From Octopus sinensis (taxonomy: Eukaryota), in NCBI RefSeq assembly GCF_006345805.1, contig NC_043005.1, positions 67,022,001-67,086,000 of the forward strand: DNA of 64,000 nucleotides. Reading direction: 5' to 3'. The stretch's first letter is position 1. The number at the start of each line of letters is the position of its first letter. Below are positions 25,650-38,700 of the stretch, one piece after another. The notes beneath the pieces are model-generated. The model made no database searches, was not told where the DNA came from, and worked only from the letters and a program-made list of their open reading frames with translations. Both the position numbers and the translations under genes were made by a program.

Positions 25650-26422
25650 TGGATTCTTGGATTATGGAATGTATGAACCTATTTGGTATTGCATCGAATG
25701 TTGAGCGAGTGCTTGTAAAAAGTATGGCAAAGTGGAGGATGAAACAGATAGCATATGGAAAGAAGTTTAGGAACAATAGAAATCAGGAGAGGCATCTTCA
25801 AAGGGGACTACCTGCCGCTACTGATCTTTGTACTGTGCATGATACCACTAACACTGATTCTGGGGAAAGCATAGGCAGGGTATGTATTCAAGAGCCACTA
25901 GCAAAAAGTCAACCACTTGTTATTCATGGATGGCCCCAAACTTTATGGTAAAGATGAATCCCAAGTCAGTTCCCTCGTTGATACAGTATATACTTTCAGT
26001 GCTGATATTAGAATGGAGTTTGGACTGAAAAAATGTGGTCTTGAAGAGAAGCAAAATCAAATGTATGGACGGGCTTGTGATACCCTTGGAGAAGGCTATG
26101 AAGCTGTTAGAAGAGATGTGCTATAAGTATATGGGGATATTGGAAATGGATAAACTGATGGAGAAAGAAATGATAGAAATAGATAAGGTGGAGTATATGC
26201 GTAGACTGAAACTGATTTTTAAGTCGAAGTTAAATCGACAGAATAATATTGAAGCTATTAACACCTGAACGGTTTCACTCCTTAGATATGGAGCCGGGCA
26301 ATCGCATGAACAGCAGACGAACTAAACAGCTTAGACAGAAAGACGAGGAAGTTGCTGACTAGATATGGGAAACTGCACCCCAAAAACGATACAGACAAAC
26401 TGTATGTACCGAGAAAAAGAGT
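25650..26422 (+). mobile_element. Internal RT fragment of a second R4-clade LINE family
   Basis: SWIMECMNLFGIA, GIFKGD..PLIFVLCMIPLTLIL, KVNHLLFMD..KLYGKDE, DIRMEFGLKKC, YKYMGILE, EAINT, LHPKNDTDKLYVPR; several frameshifts. Confidence 0.85.
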
Positions 26423-26610
26423 ATTCAATTAGGTGTTTAGGCCAATTATGGCAGCCTTCATTGTTAATTCCAGATGTAAAAGTTCACAGCCACCCGCTTT
26501 TTTCTTCAAAGGTAAAGACGTTTTATATCTGTCTTAGGGTGCTGCATTTTATGCATTGTCAACATTTTCATATATTTTCGTCAAGCTTACATATTTCATT
26601 AATTGTCCAG

Positions 26611-26638
26611 TTTATTATTATTATTATTATTATTATTA

Positions 26639-26679
<41 letters not shown>

Positions 26680-26704
26680 TATTATTATTATTATTATTAT
26701 CATC
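26611..26704. repeat. (TTA)n microsatellite
   Basis: Direct reading. Confidence 0.97.
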
Positions 26705-27209
26705 AATTGTAATTTAATCGCTAAATATATGGGACAAGAATTAATCAATCACATTGTCTGCATTACTAGCCAGATGCATGAAATATCTGCCTTGGGTTGC
26801 TGAAAGACACATTTGACCTCAGCAAGTAAAAGTTAGACCAGTAAGAGAAAAATAAAAGTATACGTAACGCAAAGGTAGCATATAGGTCTATTCTGCGACA
26901 CAGTCTCACCTTTCATCTGCATAAATGTTTTATCAAAGTGAGGCGGGGAAAAATTTCATTAAAATTTTATTGCCAGTCTGATTGATGCGGAATTCATAGT
27001 ACAATGGACAGGGTTTTAAAGTTGTATTTAAGCAAATTGTATAGTTCATAGTTTTACTACCATTAAGACATCCCAAGTTATTTGACAACACTCATTTCGA
27101 GAAACTTTATGCACAAACTCAAAAGTAATCTTTCATATGAGATATCGCTTAGATATGCTACGAAGGATATTTTGACAAAATGCTCAATATAGAATCTTCT
27201 ACCTTTCAA

Positions 27210-27610
27210 CTTTGACTTGTTTCAATCATTCGACTTCAGCTATGATAGGGCACCGCCTTGATGCGTTTAGTCGAACAAGTCAACCACTGTAATTATTGTC
27301 CAGTCTTGGTACTTATTCCATTAATCTCTTATATGCAACAGCTAGATTACAAGGTCGTCAACTAACAAACAACGATCAACACTTTCTGGCGGTGATGTGT
27401 GGGCGTGGGCAAACACGAACACAGAGGTACACATAGATATAAGTATATGTACTTGATACACTTTCAGTTTCACTTTCAGTCTTCCAAATCTGCTCACAAG
27501 GCTTTGCTAAGCTTATGGCTATAGGACAAGGTACATGACTAAAGTGCCATGCTTTGGGACGCTAACTAGAACTCCGTGGCTGGGAAGTAATCTTAATATA
27601 CAGACACATC
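27210..27610 (-). mobile_element. SINE family B, old copy
   Basis: TTTGACTTGTTTCAATCATT..GCACCGCCTT (tail, reverse complement) and TTTCAGT..CCAAATC..CTCACAAGGCTTTG (body, reverse complement). Confidence 0.7.
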
Positions 27611-28265
27611 TATGCTTAAATGCTGGTCATAAATGATCTACAGACAACAAATGATCATAGTAGTGGTTTTATCTTGTTCTGAAAGCATTTCGGTCATTTG
27701 CTGCTGCTCAAGTATTTTGGTTTATCTTCACTACACACAGCAAATATTTAATAGAAAAACTAGAAATACATTACTATTAGTGGAACAATTAAACACAGAT
27801 AACTGACAGAATGTGATTAGATTTTCATTTAGTAGGACACACACAAACACACACGTGCACACACGCACACACACACACAAACATATTCACACACATATGT
27901 ACACTCACAAGCGTTGTATAAAATTCTGTAATTCTGCAAGTGCTATATTTAATACGTCATTCGATATTACACTACTTCGATGTCTTCAATAGACCCACGT
28001 TGTTACAAGTATTCAGCCTAGATCGATGCCCTATCAGTAGCATTGTTATTTTTCATTTCGTGAGAGCTTCCGAGATCAGAGAAAGATCTTATATACACAA
28101 CAAACAGACGCACACTAACTTGCGCGCGCACACACACACAGACACACACGCACACACGCATGCATTCACACTCATACGCACACACACATAGACACAAGCA
28201 CACACGGCAAGGGTTCAAAATATTTAATGTATATAGAGCTTATCGTATTTGAAAAAGTGAGTATG

Positions 28266-28550
28266 CAATCAACCAGGCTATCAGATGTTGCTACACATCG
28301 CTGGTCATAATGCGCTTCGCATTGTTTTAGCCTTCAAATGACGTCACACCGCTGGCTAAGCGAGCAGGCCAACAGAAGAAAGAGTGAGAGAAAGAGTACA
28401 GCAGAGATCGCCACCACCCCCTGCCGGAGCCTCGTGGAGCTTTAGGTGTTTTCGCTCAATAAACACTCACAACGCCTGGTCTGGGAATCGAAACCGCGAT
28501 CCTACGACCGCGAGTCCGCTGCCCTAACCACTGGGCCATTGTGCCTCCAC
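28266..28550 (-). mobile_element. tRNA-derived SINE family C, well preserved
   Basis: Minus strand GGAGGCACAATGGCCCAGTGGTTAGGGCAGCGGACTCGCGGTCG..GGTTTCGATTCCCAGACC (A and B boxes); non-tRNA body and tail. Confidence 0.85.
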
Positions 28551-28565
28551 GCAATATATATATAC

Positions 28566-29532
28566 AGGCCTGACTGTGTGCTATGAAGCTTACTTCCAGC
28601 CCACATAATTCCCGGTTCAGTCACATTGCGCGGCACCTCGGGCAAGTATCTTATACTATAGCCTCGGGCAAATGTCTTCAGAATGCATGTGGTAGACGGA
28701 AACTGAAAGAAACTTGCAGTATATACATATAGTTCATAGATAAGATCCAAATATTCTCTATATAGAAGACTCTTAGTAATGGTCAAGGGATTTAAATTTG
28801 ACCGGGTATGGCGGTAGATGTAGAGATAAGCAAGTTAGATAGGGCAATATGTAAAGTATATTAAATACATAAAATACAAAAAAATGTATATATTTGTACA
28901 TATATATATGTCAAACTTACAAAGAGTACAAATGATACAGAGAATTGAAAGGATGGAGAAAAATATATAAAATGCAGCAGCTGTTTCTGGGGGGGGGGGT
29001 CCATTATAATGCGTGTAGATTGATTGCATCATATGATGAGACAAGCTTCAGTCTTCAAGGGAGAAATCTTACATTCAAGTTTATAAGTGGGGAAATTAAA
29101 CATATATATATATGTTTTCTATTTCATGTATTCAGTATACTTTTATATGTTGATCCAATTTGCTTATCACTACATTTATTGCATTAAGATGCAAAAATGT
29201 TTTAACATCACAGCATATATGTGTATGTGTGTGTGTATGACCTTGTGTATAAATTTAGTCATTTATATGAATACACACACACAAACACACATACACACAC
29301 ACACATATATATGAATATATTTCTAGCTATATGTGTGTGTCTTTACGTCTGTGTTTGTTTTCCCATCACTGCTATCTACTGGTGTTGCTGTGTCTGTGCC
29401 CCCGTGAATTATCGGTTGAGCAAAGAGACCGATAGAATCAGTTCCAGGCTTAACAGAAAATATGTACTCTGGCTAAAACAAAAATTCAAGGCGTTGCCCC
29501 AGCATGATTTAAACACAAGTAAAAGATAAAAG
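28566..29532 (+). mobile_element. SINE family B split by a ~600 bp insert at its internal microsatellite
   Basis: Head/CORE at 28566-28720 (CACCTCGGGCAAGTATCTT..GACGGAAACTGAAAGAA); tail at 29330-29532 (AAAGAGACCGATAGAAT..CCCCAGCATG..ACAAGTAAAAGATAAAAGA). Confidence 0.75.
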
Positions 29533-29684
29533 ACAAATATATATATATACATCTAATTAAATATATAAATATATATACATTCATTTATATGCACACACAG
29601 ATATGCATATATATGTGCGTGTGTGTGTCTGTGTCTGTGTCTGTGTAGATAGATAGATATACACATACACACACACACACATAT

Positions 29685-29983
29685 CACCATTGACTCACCC
29701 GTCATTAGACATACGAGGGTTCGACAATCCCTTGCCGAACAACCACACAGATGATTTGCTTATAGTGATCAAATGTTTCTGTTCACATAAGTTCACTCCC
29801 TCAATCAACTCGACATTACCTGTACAGGTGCATCATGTTCCACATGCCAGATGACGAAATGATCGCAGAGCAACGCGAAACGAAATACTTTGCTCAAAAA
29901 CACAACGTAATGCCCAGTCTGGGAATCTAATCCTCGATCTCGCAATCGTGAGTTCAAAACCCTGACTAGTAAGCCATGTGCCT
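29685..29983 (-). mobile_element. tRNA-derived SINE, old copy
   Basis: Minus strand GGCACATGGCTT..GATTCCCAGACTGGG..TTTGAGCAAAGTATTT..CGTTGCTC. Confidence 0.7.
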
Positions 29984-30449
29984 AAATGTGCATGCACTCC
30001 TACGCATGTGTGGACGGAGGTCTCTTTGAAGTTATGATTTGACTAAACTTTAAAATTAGCGTTCTGAAATTTTGTGATGAAGAATTTGATTTCGATGCCT
30101 GACACTTGACTATATGCAATAGAGAAAATAGTAAGACAACTTCTATCTTCTCTTACGTCGCTTGCCTATTGTATTTTGAAAATGTTGCTTGGCATGGAGC
30201 CGCTTTCGACCTTGGCTCTTAGTGTATTCAAGAAGATTATAAACAGTTAGAATAAAAAAAAAAAGTTAAACGGAATCTTATTACGAGCGATTGCGATGCT
30301 TAGTTTTCTGTTTTAGCTAAGCCGTCATATCCCACGATCTATTTTTATTTTTAAACATCAAAGAATAATACATGAATCTGGGTTAGTATGGTTTTTTCGG
30401 TTTTCATTTCCGAAAGTCTTTCTGACGAAAGAGAAGAGAAAATTATTGT

Positions 30450-31560
30450 AATTACAACTGTTCACTAGAGGCGAATTCTATTAGTGATATCGATATATAT
30501 TTAAATGGTAATTTCCATACTAAATCTAAAGGAAGTGTTTAAAAATATTTGATGTGTACAGAAATTATCAGGAAAAACTATTATGTTTTAAGTAGTTGCG
30601 TGCGTTAGCGACATAATCGGAGCCGCATCACGCTTCTGATTATTATGTTACGAAGATATATTTTTAATTTTTGAGTGTCCGATGGAAATACATAAAAGTT
30701 ATGAGTACTGATAATCTAAGAATACTTATGTATCTAATTGTTCTGAATTAAAATAAGGATTTTCCAGACTCTCTCACTCTCTGTGAAAATGGAATAATTG
30801 ACAGATGGTTTATCTTTGTTTGATGTGTGCTTTTTGATTTGGTACACAATGGAAAGAAACCTTTAATTTTGCGTTTACAACAAGTTCTATTGATTCGAGG
30901 AACGAATAGAAGTGGATTGAGCAAAGGGAAATATTCATTGTCATATTTCTTTCAATTACACTCTTATCTTAAGCCTCCTTTACGTGGTTTTGTATGATAA
31001 TGTACAGATATATCATTACCTAGTAATGACTGAACTGGTCGCAAATGAGTTCTGACACAACAGTATATTTGTCTGCAATACCCTTGAAAATTAAATTTAC
31101 AGTGGAGAATCAACTGAAGTAATTTTCTAAGTTATAATATTATTAGTCACTTAGGCTGGCGAGGAATATTCCAGCGAAGATGAGTAAAGTCTTAAATTTA
31201 GCAGGAGTGACCTGTCATCTGCAAATCTGGCAATTGTCGATTATAGAAGCAACGTGAAGGACACATGACATATACCTTTCAAGTGCTCTTCAAAATTTAT
31301 ACAATTGCGAATCATCTTTATCATTCAAAATGATTGTAATCCGTAAAAAGAAAATATTTCTTACGAGTAGCAAAATTATTAAGAAATATTTTCCCTTAAT
31401 GCAAGTCGCTGAAGAAACATACAATTGAATTAAATCTTCTTCTGAAAACTGAAAGCTTTTGTGCATCATGTACTTGAATCAGAGCATAAAAGCGATTTCA
31501 GATTATATGGCACAGCATTGAACTTAACAAAAACAACTTCTATTGTATCTCCTAAAGCTA
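30450..31560 (+). mobile_element. Decayed hAT transposase relic
   Basis: ..GLSKGK..YFFQL near 30910-30960 (cf. RWLSKG..L.RF.L); later NHL and LG.EY remnants. Confidence 0.35.
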
Positions 31561-32583
31561 TAATCTCTTAAGAAACTAATTAACGAATGCAATAATGATT
31601 GTTTGACATAATAGTGAAAGACAACGATGTATGTGTTTACACTTTTGTTGATAATATTTGTAGATATGGTGAATTATGTTTTGTTAGTTTCATTGAAATG
31701 CACAAGAGAAAGGACTCGACAAAAATATTGATTCCAGTAAATTACAAGTTTCAAATTTCGTCGAAGACAAGTAAATCGTGAAAGATATGCGTACTAGGTT
31801 CCAATCAACAAATATATATAGAAAGACATAGCTAGACGTTTTGCTTACCGATTTGTTTTGTGACTCTCCCCACCACCACAGACTTCTACGGTATGTTAAT
31901 GACTATTTACATAATATAAATCAAATCGGGAGTTTATGTTATTGACATCTAAAAGATATTTCTTCATTCCTCTTTGGTGAATGTAACAGGGGGAATTAAT
32001 GTCGTTAGACGGTATTCACATATTGGATTTTTCGACTCTGAACCATAAAATAACAAATAATTACTCATCACCTCTTCCTAACTTCCATCTTAATTCCTTT
32101 CTCATGCCCATTAGCAGGAAGAAGCTTTATCTACTGCACACAACCACCTTTCTACGCACAACCAACTGACTGTAAATATTCGTAACGCCTTTAACGATTA
32201 TACAGAAGTTCAAGCCCAAATGAACGCACACAGGCATACATAAACATATATGTACATGTAAGCATAATAAGACAGCTATTCTCCAATAGTATAGACAGCA
32301 AAAATAGTTTCAATTATTGTAAATATCAACTACTCCGCATATGTAAATGTCTCGCCTAAAAGCTAACGTAACATATTTAAGGTGCATTAATAATAAATGT
32401 ACACCGGTTGTATCTAGGCTATAGGCTTGCATTTACATCTGTTATTACAGATGCGCAGGAATATGTGAAAAAAGATTTGCATCACATTCTAGAAAAGCTG
32501 GCGTTCTTTAAGAAAGAGGGAAGAAACCGTTTCTCTGAAATATAATTTTTGAACGGTATACACACGCATACACACGCATGGAT

Positions 32584-32651
<68 letters not shown>

Positions 32652-32829
32652 ACACATAGATAGAGACAGATCGAGATCCAATGATCATTAATTCACAAAA
32701 ATTTAAAATAAAATGACAAGTGGGAAATTTTATCTGTCGGTGACATTGCAATTTTTTTTTAGTTGAATATTTTGCGCTATTTATTAAAGAAAGAACCTGG
32801 CAAATTTTTCTCTGCGAATTGGTCAATAA

Positions 32830-33530
32830 AAGATGAGCCAGTGTCCCACCACTTATTATATTAGAGATTGAAAGTTATCGCGATTATGGTTAGCATTTTA
32901 CAGCAACACAGACCATTTAAAAGAAAGACATCTATATTCTTGATTTAGGCTTCAGTATGTTTTGTTAAAAAGAAACGAGTCCAATAAAATATAGATACAT
33001 AAAAAAACAAACAACATGCCGCAATTCAGCTAACTTGATTAATAACGCATATTTATACAGATGATTTTTCGTTCGTCTTGATAAATGTCTAGATGATAAT
33101 ATGGAGAATGTTGGATTTTTCTCGCAAACAAGTGGCGAGTTTGCATGTATATTACAAATAAAATCACTAAGCGCAGCAGTATATATATATTCATCTATTT
33201 TCTAAATGTCAGCAAGCAAATTCTTGCTCATAACTACAGTACACCATTAAAAAAAATATAGCATATATATTAGATTATGGATTCCTAATTTCTCTGAAAA
33301 CACTCGACTGTATTCTGCTATAGTTTCCATTGAATAACAACAAATTCTGATTCATATACTTCTCGAATATATGTTTATTATCTTATAGACAAAAAGCGAG
33401 TGAAGAAAGTGAAGAAAGTGAGAAATCATTAAAATATTTACAATGACATTCAACAAGCAACAAAAGAACATAAATGCTTTCAAGCGTAACGAAATTCATT
33501 TGTCAGTGAAATAGAAAAAGAAAAAAAATG
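32830..33530 (+). mobile_element. Possible hAT C-terminal (dimerisation domain) relic
   Basis: ASEES..IIK..L remnants near 33395-33450 (cf. ASxERSFSxLxxIKxxLR). Confidence 0.3.
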
Positions 33531-34449
33531 AGTGAATTTATCTTATCAATCAAAGCGTAAATGTAAAAGTCTGATGTATAAGTAGATTCTCGTTATGACA
33601 GAAAGAATCCATTATAAGTTTAAAAAACACCGCAGTGCCATTATAAATATGTTATTGATAATGGACGTCTGAACGATTTTACATTGAATGTGGAGAAAAA
33701 ATAAGCCAATGCACAAGTAACTAATCGTGGAAAAAATTATAGAATTGACAGTTCTAGATTAGGTAAAATATGTGATAAATAGTACGATAAAATGCGGGGA
33801 ATATAACAGATCCGAATGTCCAAAATACACAAGACGCGTCACACTCATATTTCGTTTTATACATCGTTTATTGTTTAGGATAAAACACCTTCAAATCAGT
33901 AAGTTTCCTAATATTAAGTATCAAGCGAAGAATCAATAAGTAACTAATCACTCCGCCTCGATCGTTTTCCACATCTATTTACTGTACAGCCCATAGATAT
34001 ATATCATTAACAATATTTGAATATAGATTTCATAATTTCGAAAAGTTATCAAAATAAAACCTCCTAATTAAATTGATAAGTCAACAGAATATATAACATG
34101 GGCTTATTTTAATTAGTAGCATAGAATCAATATTTTATGTCTAAGTAATGCTAAGTTTAAGGTGAATTTTGCTTCCTAAAGTAATACTGACAAACATGGT
34201 TATAAAGAGCACCTTATGAAAATCGAAACTATTTTGCAAATTTGATTCACAGCGTGTGCTACTGTTACTTATGTTTCTATTTTTATATAGAGAGAGGCCA
34301 CCCGAACTCGCACCTCCGTCGGGATTCGGAATTATTTTCTCATTCCATTCCTCAGTCATTACATGGTCTTCATTCTTTACTTCTTTTCGTCTAAATCCCC
34401 CTCCACAGATATTTACGCACAAAACTCCCTACAACTTCCACTGACTCCT

Positions 34450-35270
34450 GAAATACGCACCAGCAAACACGTTCTCATTTACTCTCACACACACGCACGT
34501 ATAGTAGCATATATATCCTCACGCATCCACACCTCACAAACCTTACCTCCTGCCATCACTATTCCACTTCATATCTCCATCCAAATCGACCGACATACAT
34601 CTCTCTACAACGACCACTCATATCAGATAGCCTGACACTAAAGCGTCCTTCTACACATGCACAAAATAAATACAAAAAATAGAGAATACACAAACACACA
34701 TAACATCTCCACACACACGCACACACTTTATCCATCATCCCTAAATACACATACCAACTGATCACAAGGATACGCACACTTAACTTCATAGGGAACACAC
34801 AGAATATTTATGTATAAACACGCATAATACATATTGTCACACAAAAAGTGTCACACACTTTATGCACAAAACTCATGCACGCATTCGTCCGACACACAAA
34901 TACACCTTAAATGAACGCATGAACTTACAGGCACGCACGCATGCTACTGGCACAAAATATACAAGCACATCTACACTCACATTCACATACACACATCTGA
35001 CAGTCTCATACCTGCATAACTGCCTAACACACACTCAAACATGTCTACACACATGCACACATACATACACAGAGCACACATGCACAAATTGTTCCATAAC
35101 CACATACATACTTGTTTAATCACACACATACACACTCGCATATATTCGCACGCTCCCATATCTACACACTCACGCTCACAGAATTTTCATACACACACAC
35201 ATACTTGCCTACACACGCACACACACACACACACACACGAACGTATCATCCTCACATATACACATAACAT
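34450..35270. repeat. Long cryptic (CA)-rich low-complexity tract
   Basis: About 800 bp of degenerate CACA/CATA/CGCA units. Confidence 0.85.
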
Positions 35271-35559
35271 TGCACTTACGATCTTTAGTCAGGTTCGTGT
35301 TGTCTCCTTTACCAGCCTTACTATCAACCAATTCCTTCCTTCCCGTCAATTCAACATGTGCGCCTGTTAATCTAGAATTTGTTGTCCCTCCATTTTTCCT
35401 GCGTAAGTTGTAACGTCAAAGTGTCTTCCACTTTTACAACTAATACACCTAGTCGTTATTCCCTTAATTGTCTCTATTTTTCATTTTCGATTAATTGTGA
35501 AACAAAAATATATAAATATATATATATATATATATATGTAGGTCCCTCTTCTATAAAAT

Positions 35560-35590
<31 letters not shown>

Positions 35591-35649
35591 TTCGCTTTTG
35601 GATTTGGTTTGCAAGATTATATGAGTTCGTGTATTGAAGCATATTCTAT

Positions 35650-35892
35650 TGTGTCTGGGGAGAATCATGTCCTTTTTGTGACTTATAATTTGACACACTC
35701 ACTGGTAAAATTTCCACTTATTTCTTATTTTTATTTTCCTAAAATTTTTTCGTTGCGACTTGCAACCTTTTCAAGTTGCAAGACAACAACGAAAATTTTA
35801 AGAAAATAAAAATAAGTAAATGAGTGAAAATTTTAACGGTGATTGTGTTAAATTATAAGGCACAAAAAAGAAAATGATTCTCCCCAGTCACA
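35650..35892. repeat. ~243 bp fold-back palindrome, probably inverted Penelope terminal repeats
   Basis: TGTGTCTGGGGAGAATCAT...ATGATTCTCCCCAGTCACA with centre CTTGCAAC-CTTTTCAA-GTTGCAAG; the right arm recurs at 41700-41825. Confidence 0.85.
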
Positions 35893-36684
35893 TCAGTGGG
35901 TGTGTATATATATATATATATATAATGTATATGTTTCAATCGCTGTCCACTCCCTCTCTCTCTCTTTCTTTCTCTCTCTCTCTCTCGCTCTCTTTCTCTC
36001 TCATTTATACAATATTAACAAAATGTGCAAATTAGTACTTAACGCTAGGAAAAACTGTTTGAAAAAAAGACAGAAAGTAGTTTTTAGAGAAGTTGAAAAG
36101 AATGCTGTATAGATAAGTTATTGCATGACAAATACTCAGAAATAAATAGTTATGAAATAACAAAAATAGCTCATGAATAATTTTACGAAGGAAAGAAATC
36201 TATAAGAGATCAAACATTAAGTTAGTAGATGCTGTCAGCAGACAATGGCTGATAAATGTATCATAGGTTTGAACGTATTTATTACAAAAGAGATAAGCAA
36301 AAAAGGTAATTAGATCCGATTATAGTATAATTTTAGTTTTTCATAAACATCGGAAAGAAATAAAATGGGTTATTAACTCGTATTGTTTTTATCTTAAAAA
36401 TGTTCTTTACATCTTAAATAGGTATGGTCAAATAAAAATAAAAAACTATTAAAAAACAAAAGCGACATTAAATAAAATCTGTGAATTAAAGGTTTGCTGT
36501 ATTTTATATATAAACTTATAAAAGAAAATTCTGCTTAGTAGCACTGCATCAAACGGATTTAAAGATCTTGGCATCTAATATTTTAAAAGTATTTTTTTTC
36601 CTCTTTCCCAAAATAGACGGTTTCAAATTTTCATTTATGTCCTCTGCGTTAAAGTTAATTTAATACGTATCATTTAATTTTCTA

Positions 36685-36691
<7 letters not shown>

Positions 36692-36740
<49 letters not shown>

Positions 36741-36810
36741 AGAGAGAGAGAGAGAGAGGCAGACAGAGAGAGATACATAGATATAGATGCAGATATATAT
36801 ATATATATGT

Positions 36811-36862
<52 letters not shown>

Positions 36863-36891
36863 GGGAACAAGATAGATAAAGATATATATAC

Positions 36892-36924
<33 letters not shown>

Positions 36925-36985
36925 CATAGAAGTGGGCGCGCGTGAGTGTATGTGTGAATGTGTGAATATATATAAATATATATAC
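36692..36985. repeat. Compound (TA)n/(GA)n/(TG)n microsatellite
   Basis: Direct reading. Confidence 0.95.
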
Positions 36986-37599
36986 AATATAAATTGTTGG
37001 GAACATGTGAGAAGGCTAGCTCCTGTGTTATAATCGTAACATTCTATAGATACATGTGTACAGACGTAGATGAGGTAGACAGAAAGTTGAGGGGAAGGAC
37101 AACAGAAACAAAACTAAGAAGGTGCTTTAGGTGTGTTTGACTCATTTGGCTTTGTAGATTGCACCAAACACAAACCAGATTTCGTGAGCCAATTATTTAA
37201 AATTGCTAATTGTTGACGTATGAGAAAATGAATCAATATGCATTAACAATGGTATTAACAATATAGAATGAATGAATATGAGGGGACACAAAGTATTTTT
37301 TTATAGAGATGTGTGATAAATAGGCTTTCATATAGGATATATAGAGACCTGTACAGAGAATCCGGTCATATATAGAGTTGCTGCAAAGGAGGAAAATGAT
37401 GCAAAAGTTTGACTAATCAGGACCTGCTTTAATTATAAGTGGCAAGGAATATATTTATTTATCTTGATAAAGATAAGAGATATTAATTGCTAAAAGTGCA
37501 AAAGCCTACCTTAAGTCTGTTAGCTACTACTGATTTAAGCATATTCCAATGTAAATTTTTTAAGATTGTCCTGTTAGTGTTAGATTCATAAAGACTGCA

Positions 37600-38700
37600 A
37601 GTCATATGCTGAGATGGTGGTGCTGTAATGTATTGTAAACAAAGAGTAATAATGAAAATATTTCAGCAATAACATGTACGTGAATAAAAATTAAAGTAAG
37701 AAGCAGTAGTTATGCAAAACAATACCAATGTAAAGAGGGATGTTTGTTGGTGAATGTGAATATAGGTTCAAAAGAAAGCGCAAGGCAGAGGAAATAAAAA
37801 CGAAGTTGAAAACGATAGATAGATAAAATCAAACAGTATGACATACACAATCTAAAAAATATTATACGGAAATGATCAATAGGTATAGTAAAAATGCAAA
37901 CGAAAATAGAATATATTTCGTTGTTATTATGCAAAAGTGTCGTAAGTCCAAAACGTTGCTTTTTTAGGAAACGAAAAAATAGTTTTAGCATTCCATAGCA
38001 AAACTGTTGTACTACACTTCGACAATTTTTCGTATCTTGGCATCTGAAGCAGCTGGATATGATTGTTTGACCAAAAGAATCGGCTATTGCAAGCAAAATT
38101 TATATTGAAAATCAACGCATTTGGCTAAGTTTGGACATACGACAGTTTAACATAATAGCAACAATTTGTATATAGTATTCAAATGTCAAATAAAAAGGGG
38201 CTTTTAAAAATACTATGCTAAAATAAACAGGAATGGATACGCTATATATGATTGAAGGAAATCTCGATGGATTTCGAAATATGCTGTGGCGAGGTAATAC
38301 AAATCTTTGAGTGTTATTTGGAAATACGGAAACTATTCATCTAAATAAATGCATCTGATGGGTCAGTATTTAGTTAAAATAGGAAGAAATTTATTTTAAA
38401 TGATAAAAAATTAAAGAAACTAAGGATGGTTAGATATATGTTGATATGTAAAATATTATTATGTTGAGGCGTGAGATAATTTCATTAACGTAATATATGG
38501 AGACCCGGATGCGGATACAGAAATCAACAGTCAAATTGTTGTATCAACTAGTATGACTCATACGATTACATTATATTGTAGAAATATTTCCATTTAAACG
38601 CATAGAAGAAGGTGTTAATTTTTCTGTCCAAATTTTTGACTAAATTTGTTATCAAACTTTACTAAACGAGAAGGTTCAGTGAGGGTATAAAAGAGCAGAA
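37600..38700 (+). mobile_element. Possible hAT (Tip100/ZMYM1-type) transposase relic
   Basis: KYFS (~37656) and SRWISKYAV (~38263; cf. TRWxSR) remnants. Confidence 0.3.

Noticed and set aside
34141-34422. 93 aa minus-strand ORF with a GPI-signal-like hydrophobic C-terminus
   Set aside because: TTG start, an in-frame stop just upstream, no good acceptor in that frame and no recognised homology.
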